Both the position numbers and the translations under genes were made by a program. Of a DNA stretch of 64,000 nucleotides, positions 20,239-28,008 are shown in pieces (within the stretch, counting starts at the first letter, position 1; each line of letters begins with the position of its first letter). The stretch comes from an uncultured bacterium. Lineage in GTDB: Bacteria > Verrucomicrobiota > Verrucomicrobiia > Verrucomicrobiales > DEV007. Below the pieces are notes generated by a model. The model saw only the letters and a program-made list of their open reading frames with translations, was not told where the DNA came from and searched no databases. The DNA is taken from contig CAXBMO010000006.1 of assembly GCA_963977015.1 (NCBI GenBank), forward strand, positions 256,001 to 320,000. The letters are read 5' to 3'.

Positions 20239-22677
20239 ATGAAGAGGAGATTCGTTATCATATCCGTCGGGATCCACGTGCTCTTCCTCGTGATGGTGGG
20301 GCCGTATCTCTATACGCGCATGGAGTTCGACAAGGAAGAGGAGGCCAACCGAACCGAGGAAGTCCGCAAGCGTGAACTGGAGCGTCAGGAGTATGAAAAG
20401 GCGAAGCGTGAAGAACAGCAGCTCACGGAATTGCAGGCCAGGAAACTGAAGCGCGAGGCCACCCGGAAAAAGCAGGAGGAGCTGGAGAAGGAGCTACAGC
20501 GCCTGCGCGAGTTGCGCGAGGAGATCGCGGAAAAGCGGAAGGAGGCATTGCGCAAGATCGAGCAACGCACCGAGCGGGACGTGCTGGATCTCGAACACAT
20601 TGACTTCACGCGCCTGGCGCGAAAGCTGGAAGCGGAGGTGGAGTCCGTGACCGACCTGGCCGCTCGTCGTCATTTGGTGGCCGGGGCCTATGGTAGTGGA
20701 TCGAATGGAGTCATCGGGAAACTGGACGACCTACGACTCTATGGCCAATTACTGGACGACGCGGAGATGAATGCTCCGCCGTCGGAGGGACTGCTTCGTC
20801 GCTGGCGATTCGAGGGAGATTTGCGCGACGAGGTTTCCGGCAAGGAGATCGGGATACTGAGGTATGGCGGGAAGTTGGTCGAGGGCGGTGCTGAAGGAGA
20901 CCAGGCCTTTCATGGAAACGCCAAGAATGGGCGGGCCGTGTTGGGAGACCAGGGGTTTGGCGATCAGTTCACCATCGTCGTCTGGGTCCACACGACCGCG
21001 AATCTGAAAACCCAGGTGCTGGCTACCAACAGCCATGCCACCACCTACCAAAGCGGGTTTCGGCTCTTGATCGATGAATGTGAGTCAGAGGACGCTGAGT
21101 CGGGAACGCTGAAGCTGGTAACCAGTGGCCTCGGCAGCGGCAGCAGGACCAAGACGATTGCCAGCACCGAGAACGCGCTGCCCTTTGGCGAATGGGCCCT
21201 CGTCGCGATGCGTATCGATAAGGCGACGCTGAGTGCGGACCTCTTTGTCAACGGTGCGAAGGTTACCGCGGCGGGCGGCGAGGTCGCGAAAGACGTCTTC
21301 ACCGCGGTCACGCAGATCGACGTGTCCCTGGCGCAACAGGCTCGGGAGTTCCGGGAAGCGATCGAGGCTCAACCGATCACTCCGGCGCAGGTTCCCGAGT
21401 TCAAGAAGCAGTTGGAGAAGCTCGAGGAGGAAGTGGCGTCCAAGAGCGAGAACAATCCTTCCGACATCCAGAACGCAATCCAGGAGACGATCAACGTCGC
21501 CCAGGCCCTGGCGGAGGAATTGGACGGGCTGGAGGCCAAAACCGACCTCACGGCGATGAACGACACCAGCGCGGCGACGGCTGACTTCGATCCGCCCGCA
21601 TCGTCGGAAATCGCGACACCCGCGGAGATGTACGAGCAGGCGCAGGAACTCGAGAACCAGATTGCGGAAGCGAACGCGGATATCCAGGCCGCTCAGGACG
21701 CTGCCCAAAAGAACTTGTCTTACCAGGAAGCTCGCCAACCAATCACGCCGATGACGCCTCCCCGTCCGGACCTCGCCGAAGCGCTGAGTCGCAACCCGCT
21801 GAAAACCGTGGGCGAGCTGAACGAGCTGCGCAACTCGCTCCAGGAAGCGGAGAACGAGATGAAAGACATGACCGCCCGGGCGGAAGCAGCGCTGGGCAAA
21901 ACTCCGAACGAAGCGGGCGAGGAATCCAGCCCGCAAACCCGGCCCGCCGCTGCCTTTGCCTCCACCGCCGCCCGGGTCAACGCCGCCATCGCGAGCGGCA
22001 AGGCCGGATCCGTTGTAAACATGGTAGGGACGGCCGGAGGCGACGGAATTTCCGAAGGCATGCGGGCTGACGAGTCCGGCGAAGGGGCGGGCATGGAACT
22101 GGGCGCCACCAGCCCGGCGCCCCGGTTCGACCGTAGCGAGATTTTGAAGAAAGCGCTGCCCGGGCGCCGGTTTACAGCTGATAGCCTGCGGCGCGGCTGG
22201 CTCTATGTCGATACGTGGTATGTGATTGGTCCCTGGGAGAACCATTCCCGGATCGACTATACCAATACCCATCCGCCGGAATACGACATCGACTTCGACG
22301 CGCGTTACCGGGACGGCAAATTTGCCGATGAACCGGATCATCCCAGCCAGATCCTGAAGTGGGAATTCTATCAAAGCGACCAGGTGCGGAGTCAGCCACC
22401 CCGGGTTTATGGAGCCAGCACCTACTATGCCTACACGGACCTCTGGTTCGAGCATCCGCGCACCATGCTCATCGCCGTGGCATCCGACGACGCGGCGCGC
22501 ATGTGGCTGAACGGCGAGCTGGTCTGGCAGGATGAAGGATTGTCGCCCTGGACGCTGGGCGAAGGATACCGCCGGGTCTACTTTCGCCAGGGCTTTAATG
22601 ATCTCCTCGTGCGAATCGAGAACGGCCCCGCACATTGTGTGTGGAGCGTTTTGCTTTGCCCGGCGGAGGTGGAATGA
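20239..22677 (+). CDS. TonB/TolA-like anchored coiled-coil protein with LamG-like insert and PA14-like C-terminal domain
   Basis: N-terminal TM ISVGIHVLFL (S-x3-H), E/K/R-rich coiled coil, LamG-like motifs, WYVIGPW...YAYT...SDD...WLNG...N.LLVRIENG. Confidence 0.75.
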   Translation: MKRRFVIISVGIHVLFLVMVGPYLYTRMEFDKEEEANRTEEVRKRELERQEYEKAKREEQQLTELQARKLKREATRKKQEELEKELQRLRELREEIAEKRKEALRKIEQRTERDVLDLEHIDFTRLARKLEAEVESVTDLAARRHLVAGAYGSGSNGVIGKLDDLRLYGQLLDDAEMNAPPSEGLLRRWRFEGDLRDEVSGKEIGILRYGGKLVEGGAEGDQAFHGNAKNGRAVLGDQGFGDQFTIVVWVHTTANLKTQVLATNSHATTYQSGFRLLIDECESEDAESGTLKLVTSGLGSGSRTKTIASTENALPFGEWALVAMRIDKATLSADLFVNGAKVTAAGGEVAKDVFTAVTQIDVSLAQQAREFREAIEAQPITPAQVPEFKKQLEKLEEEVASKSENNPSDIQNAIQETINVAQALAEELDGLEAKTDLTAMNDTSAATADFDPPASSEIATPAEMYEQAQELENQIAEANADIQAAQDAAQKNLSYQEARQPITPMTPPRPDLAEALSRNPLKTVGELNELRNSLQEAENEMKDMTARAEAALGKTPNEAGEESSPQTRPAAAFASTAARVNAAIASGKAGSVVNMVGTAGGDGISEGMRADESGEGAGMELGATSPAPRFDRSEILKKALPGRRFTADSLRRGWLYVDTWYVIGPWENHSRIDYTNTHPPEYDIDFDARYRDGKFADEPDHPSQILKWEFYQSDQVRSQPPRVYGASTYYAYTDLWFEHPRTMLIAVASDDAARMWLNGELVWQDEGLSPWTLGEGYRRVYFRQGFNDLLVRIENGPAHCVWSVLLCPAEVE

Positions 22678-22762
22678 ATCTGATTTCTCACAACCCATTG
22701 CGGCATTGGCGACACCTCCACTTGAAATGCTCTAACTAAACTCCCTCACGAAATACCTCATC

Positions 22763-24469
22763 ATGCATCCTCTATTGACATTGCTATCTTCGGTGATTGT
22801 AACCCTGCTGATTCCCTCGCTTTTGAAGGCGGAGAATGACATCGGCGTGTTTGGAATCGGCAGTTGCCACATCAACAATCGCTCCGTTAAAGACAACGAA
22901 AGGTGGGTTCCGCAAATGGAGGCGATCGGCCTCAAATATTATCGCTCCGGTCAGACTGGCTGGTCGGCCGTGGAACCGGAGGAAGGAAGCTGGAAGTGGG
23001 ATACGCTGGATCGGCAGATGGAATATCTTGAGGGGAGGGGATTCACGTTTGGAGGCATTCTCATTGGCAACCCCGGGTGGAATAGCAAAGACCCTCGCGG
23101 CTCTTTACCGGTCAACCACATCGAAGGTTGGTCGGCTTATGTGTCGGCCATTGTCGGTCACACCAAGGGAAAGATTAAGTACTGGGAGGTTTGGAATGAG
23201 CCCCCGAATTTCACTGGCAAGGATCAAACGCCGGCGGACTATGCAAAGATCGTGGTGAGCGCCTACAACGCTGCCAAGAAGGCCAATCCCGATTGCCTGG
23301 TCGGTCTGGCCGCAAAATCTCTCCACATCAACTATCTGGAACAAGTCATCCAGGCCGGAGCGAAAGATCATTTCGATTTTATTACCCTTCATCCCTACGA
23401 GGTTCTGGATGGTGTGGCGGGCAGCCGTGGAACCGAACCGGTTTTTATGCATATTGAGCCCACCGTCCGGAAGATGTTGGCGGCTCAGAATCCTGAGAAA
23501 GTGGATGTGCCCATCGTCTTTACGGAGTTGGGATGCAGCGTGAAAAAGGGAGCCGATGTTCAAGCGCATACCTTGGTCAAAGCCTACACCATGAGTATCG
23601 CCCAGGGCATCGCCTGCGTGCATTGGTTTGAAGGAAGGGATGGTGATAGCGGGCCACTCGGCTTGCTCGACCGCAAAGGCAATCCGCGCCCCTCCTATCA
23701 CGCGCTGGGGCATCTGATTCAGTATCTCGGTCAGGAACCGGAGTATTTGGGATGGATTCAGGAAAACGAATCTCAGATTGGCTTTGTCTTTGCAGGAAGG
23801 GAAGAACCGGTGCTCGTCATCTGGGATAAATATCAAAAGACGAGGGAGTTCGATTTTGGGGCGCCGGTGCGGATCGTGAATCTGATCACGGGAACACCGT
23901 TGACGGGAGATCGCTACCCATTGACATCAGCACCGGTGCTGGTGACGGATTTGCCCGAGCATCTCGTGAATCAAGCTCGCGAGAATCGAGCCAATCTCAT
24001 TCCGTGGGGCGGGAATTTTGCGGATCAAAAGACTGTTTCCCTGACGATGGGAGATGAACCGGTCGCAAAAGGGCTTCATACCCGTTCCGGCGAGTCGGTT
24101 GCGGAAGCGGTCACCGGCTATGGTGGTTCGGCGCGTGCCGGGGGCGTGCCGGGTGGCAATCTGTTTATCGTTGATCCAGGATTCATGACCTACACCTCCG
24201 AACCCATCGAAATCAAAGCGGTGGTGCGAAGAAACAGCGCCAACGACAATGCCGGGTTCAAGTTGGTCTATGAATCGACGGATGGTTTCAAAACCGCCGG
24301 TCACTGGTACACGATCCCTGACAACAAGAAGTGGCATACGGTCACCTGGAGGATCGATGATCCCCAATTCGTTCGCTACTGGGGATACAACTTCGCGTTG
24401 GAGTCCGATGGCAGCAAATACAACAAATACTATATCCAAAGCGTGTCGGTGACGAAACTGGGGGAATAG
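22763..24469 (+). CDS. Clan GH-A glycoside hydrolase (GH39/GH5-like)
   Basis: WSAVEPEEG, WEVWNEP (acid/base), HPY, VFTELG (nucleophile); signal peptide. Confidence 0.8.
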   Translation: MHPLLTLLSSVIVTLLIPSLLKAENDIGVFGIGSCHINNRSVKDNERWVPQMEAIGLKYYRSGQTGWSAVEPEEGSWKWDTLDRQMEYLEGRGFTFGGILIGNPGWNSKDPRGSLPVNHIEGWSAYVSAIVGHTKGKIKYWEVWNEPPNFTGKDQTPADYAKIVVSAYNAAKKANPDCLVGLAAKSLHINYLEQVIQAGAKDHFDFITLHPYEVLDGVAGSRGTEPVFMHIEPTVRKMLAAQNPEKVDVPIVFTELGCSVKKGADVQAHTLVKAYTMSIAQGIACVHWFEGRDGDSGPLGLLDRKGNPRPSYHALGHLIQYLGQEPEYLGWIQENESQIGFVFAGREEPVLVIWDKYQKTREFDFGAPVRIVNLITGTPLTGDRYPLTSAPVLVTDLPEHLVNQARENRANLIPWGGNFADQKTVSLTMGDEPVAKGLHTRSGESVAEAVTGYGGSARAGGVPGGNLFIVDPGFMTYTSEPIEIKAVVRRNSANDNAGFKLVYESTDGFKTAGHWYTIPDNKKWHTVTWRIDDPQFVRYWGYNFALESDGSKYNKYYIQSVSVTKLGE

Positions 24470-24722
24470 TTGGGCGGCAAAGGTTCCAATAAGGCTGATC
24501 CTTCCCCGACAACAACATCTCGATTTGGAATTCGCCGCACCCAGCCTACGCATGGTGACTTGGACCAATGAAGCAGAACTCAATCCACCGATTGTCCCGG
24601 TTGCCAGTCTGGTTGATGAAGGGGTGCATGCGTCCTGAAAACATCCTTTTCGCGCTTCTCACATGAACTGAAGCGGATTCAAAAATACGCGAGTCCGATT
24701 CACTGGCACCGGCCAAAATGCA

Positions 24723-24752
24723 TTGACAGGTGTGGACCGGGTTTTCTATGCT
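24723..24752 (+). promoter_or_regulatory. Sigma70-like promoter inside duplicated leader (copy 1)
   Basis: TTGACA-N18-TATGCT, conserved at 27873-27902. Confidence 0.6.
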
Positions 24753-25010
24753 CGCATTGTGCCAACCGGGAGTGAAATTCAGCCTTGGTTGGGGCAAATC
24801 AACTCGCCTGAAAGCCAAAGGGCCAGTTTCCCAATTTCAAACCGATATTTGGGAGAAGATTTTCCCCTTCCGCCTCCTGGTCCCCCTCCAACCCCAGCCA
24901 AACCGGACTCGTGGCCCACGTGTCGTGAAACGCAAATTCCTACCAGTTGATCTCGGAAAGGCGCGCTCGATAGTCTGTCGAAGGCCATCCGGCATTGATG
25001 GGATTTGCGG

Positions 25011-27824
25011 ATGAAAGACGACGAGAATTCGCCCAAGTCCGGGCAGGCCCCGGCGCAGTCAACCGGTCGGCTCCGGGCGATTCTGGACGCCGTCGTCGAA
25101 GGAATTGTCGCCACTGACGAGCAAGGAATCGTCGAGTCCGTCAACCCGGCTGCCGAACAGCTGTTTGGTTACCCGGTCGAAGAACTCATCGGCAAGAACG
25201 TCGGCATCCTGGCAGCGACGCCGGAAGGCGAGGCCTCCAGTCACTGCGACCCGGCGAAGTTCACCGACGGTGGCGGCGAGGTGACCGGTCGGCGCAAGGA
25301 CGGGTCGGAGTTTCCAATGGAGCTTTCGGTCGGCGAAGCGAACCTGGCCGCGGAGCGGGTGTTTGTCTGGGTCATTCGCGACATCACCGAGCGCAAGCTG
25401 GAGGAGGAACGGCTGCTCGCGAGCCAGACTCGGTTGAAACTGGCGCTGGACGCGGCCCAAATCGGCGATTGGGAGTTGAATCTGGAAACCCAACACACCC
25501 GGCGCTCGCTGAAGCACGACCAGGTTTTTGGCTATGAGGAACCGTTGGACGATTGGAGCTATGAGATTTTTTTGGAGCACGTTCATCCGGAAGACCGGGA
25601 GCGGGTTGACCGCAATTTCCAGGAGAGCGTCGCGGCGGGCCGGGACTGGTATTTCGAATGCCGGATCATCCACAAAAACGGCGAGGAGCGCCACATCTGG
25701 GCCCGGGGCGGCATCTACCCGGATTCGGCCGGGCGCCCGATCCAGATGTTGGGGATGGTCCGCGACATCACCGAGCGGAAACGCGCCGAGGAGCGCATCA
25801 TCCAAAGTTCGCGTGAACTGCAAGCGGTCAACCAGCAGCTGCTGGCCGCCAAAGCCGAGGCCGAGCGCGCGAACCGGGCCAAGTCGGAGTTCCTCGCCCA
25901 AATGAGCCACGAGATCCGCACCCCGATGAACGGCATCATCGGCATGACCGGCGTGGCCCTCAACACTCAGCTCACCCCCGAGCAGCGCGAATACCTCACC
26001 ATGGTCAGCTCCAGCGCCGACGCGTTGCTCGCCGTGATCAACGACATCCTCGATTTCTCCAAGATCGAAGCGGGCAAGCTCAGCCTCGATTGCGCGGATT
26101 TCAGCCTGCGCGACAGCCTCGGCGACACCATGAAATCGCTCGCCAACCGCGCCCACGAAAAGAATCTCGAACTCGCCTGCTATTTCGATCCCGGGACGCC
26201 CGACTTCCACCACGGCGACGTGGGGCGGCTCCGCCAAATCGTGGTGAACCTCGTCGGCAACGCCATCAAGTTCACCAGCAAGGGCGAGATTGTCCTCGAG
26301 GTCCGCGAAGAATCGAGGGCCGAAGACGGATCTTCCTGCCTGCACTTTTCGGTGATCGATACCGGAATCGGGATTCCGGCGGAAAAGCAGCAGTCGATTT
26401 TCGAGGCCTTCAGCCAGGCCGACAACACCACGACGCGCGAGTACGGCGGCACCGGCTTGGGCCTGACGATTTCGGCTCAGCTTGTTGAACTGATGGGCGG
26501 GCGCATTTGGGTCGAGAGCGGGCCTGGCAAGGGCAGCGCCTTCCACTTCACCGCGCGACTCGGCAAAGCGGCTCGCCCACCGGGGTCGAACCGGATTTCC
26601 GCGCGGCTGGAGATGCTGCGCGGGTTGCGGGTGCTGGTGGTGGACGACAACGCGACCAACCGCCGAATCCTCAAGGAAACCCTCACCAGTTGGCACATGG
26701 AGCCGACCCTGACCGATAGCGGTCCCGCCGCTATCGAGGCGATGCGGCGCGCCCAGTCCGAAGCGGGTTTCGGCATCGTCCTGCTCGACTTTCACATGCC
26801 GAAAATGGACGGATTCACCGCCGCCCGACAGCTCCGGGAAATCGCCACCACTCCCATCGTGATGCTGACATCCGGGCCGAGGGCGGACGACGCCGCGCAT
26901 TCGCGCGAAATCGGCATCTACGCTTGCCTGACCAAACCCGTGAAGCAGTCCGAACTGCTGGACGCGATGCTTGGCGCGTTGAATCTCGAACTCGAGGACG
27001 CCGAGCGGCCGGCCCCAGCCGAGCCCGCCGAGTCAGCACCTGAGGGCGACCGCAAATGGCGCGTTTTGCTCGCTGAAGACAACGCCGTCAATCAGAAGCT
27101 CGCGATCCTCCTGCTTGAGGAGAGGGGGCACTCCGTCGTCGTCGCCGGGAACGGCCAGCTTGCGTTGGAGGCATTCGACCGCGAGGAGCCCTTCGATGTT
27201 GTCTTGATGGACGTTCAGATGCCGGTGATGGACGGCTTTCAAACCAGCGCCGCCATCCGCGAACGCGAGAAAACAACCGGGACCCGTATCCCCATCATCG
27301 CGATGACCGCCCACGCCTTGAAAGGCGACCGCGAACGTTGCCTCGCCGCCGGAATGGACGGCTACGTCAGCAAGCCGATCCAGTCCGGCCAACTCTGGGA
27401 TGCTCTTGAAGCCGTGCTGCCTTCCAATCCAAGCGCGAGCGACGCGGACACCAACGCGAAAATTGCGCAACCCTCGGTGTCCGGGGAAGAGGAAGACGCC
27501 ATTCGGGCGCACGCGTTGGATTGCACGGACGGCAACGTCGGCTTTTTGCGCGAACTCACCCGGATCTTTCTCGAAGACGCTTCGACCCAGCTTTCCGACA
27601 TTCGCGCCGCGATCGACTCAGGCGACGCGAAAGCGCTGCAATTCCAAGCCCATTCCCTCAAGGGCGCACTCGCAATTTTTGGCGTGGAAGAAGCCACTTC
27701 GGAGGCCCAGCGACTGGAGTTCCTCGGCCGAGACGAGGATCTCGATCATGCGCCCGCCATCTACGCCAAGTTAGAGGCCGAACTCGCCCGGCTGGATCCC
27801 GTGCTCCGCCGTTTGGCGGAATGA
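25011..27824 (+). CDS. Cytoplasmic hybrid histidine kinase (2 PAS, HisKA, HATPase, 2 REC, Hpt)
   Basis: PAS motifs, SEFLAQMSHEIRTPMNG, NLVGNAIKFT, GTGLGL, VLVVDDN, VLLAEDN, AHSLKG. Confidence 0.95.
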   Translation: MKDDENSPKSGQAPAQSTGRLRAILDAVVEGIVATDEQGIVESVNPAAEQLFGYPVEELIGKNVGILAATPEGEASSHCDPAKFTDGGGEVTGRRKDGSEFPMELSVGEANLAAERVFVWVIRDITERKLEEERLLASQTRLKLALDAAQIGDWELNLETQHTRRSLKHDQVFGYEEPLDDWSYEIFLEHVHPEDRERVDRNFQESVAAGRDWYFECRIIHKNGEERHIWARGGIYPDSAGRPIQMLGMVRDITERKRAEERIIQSSRELQAVNQQLLAAKAEAERANRAKSEFLAQMSHEIRTPMNGIIGMTGVALNTQLTPEQREYLTMVSSSADALLAVINDILDFSKIEAGKLSLDCADFSLRDSLGDTMKSLANRAHEKNLELACYFDPGTPDFHHGDVGRLRQIVVNLVGNAIKFTSKGEIVLEVREESRAEDGSSCLHFSVIDTGIGIPAEKQQSIFEAFSQADNTTTREYGGTGLGLTISAQLVELMGGRIWVESGPGKGSAFHFTARLGKAARPPGSNRISARLEMLRGLRVLVVDDNATNRRILKETLTSWHMEPTLTDSGPAAIEAMRRAQSEAGFGIVLLDFHMPKMDGFTAARQLREIATTPIVMLTSGPRADDAAHSREIGIYACLTKPVKQSELLDAMLGALNLELEDAERPAPAEPAESAPEGDRKWRVLLAEDNAVNQKLAILLLEERGHSVVVAGNGQLALEAFDREEPFDVVLMDVQMPVMDGFQTSAAIREREKTTGTRIPIIAMTAHALKGDRERCLAAGMDGYVSKPIQSGQLWDALEAVLPSNPSASDADTNAKIAQPSVSGEEEDAIRAHALDCTDGNVGFLRELTRIFLEDASTQLSDIRAAIDSGDAKALQFQAHSLKGALAIFGVEEATSEAQRLEFLGRDEDLDHAPAIYAKLEAELARLDPVLRRLAE

Positions 27825-27872
27825 GCGGTGATTCACGCTAGACTAACCTGCGCCCGAAGCGGCCAAAATGCG

Positions 27873-27902
27873 TTGACAGGCGCGGACAGGAGTTTTTATG
27901 CT
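27873..27902 (+). promoter_or_regulatory. Sigma70-like promoter inside duplicated leader (copy 2)
   Basis: TTGACA-N18-TATGCT; the ORF-track ATG at 27898 lies inside the -10 box. Confidence 0.6.
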
Positions 27903-28008
27903 CGCGCCCTGCCATTCACGAGTGAGCCAAAGGACCCGTCTCCCAACCTCAAGTCGATGTTTGGGAGGAGATTTTTCTGTCCCCTCATCCAGCCTGCGCC
28001 ACCGCCTC

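Noticed and set aside
27898-28008. ORF-track N-terminal extension of the large secreted protein
   Set aside because: ATG lies in the predicted -10 box and the duplicated leader points to GTG 28009
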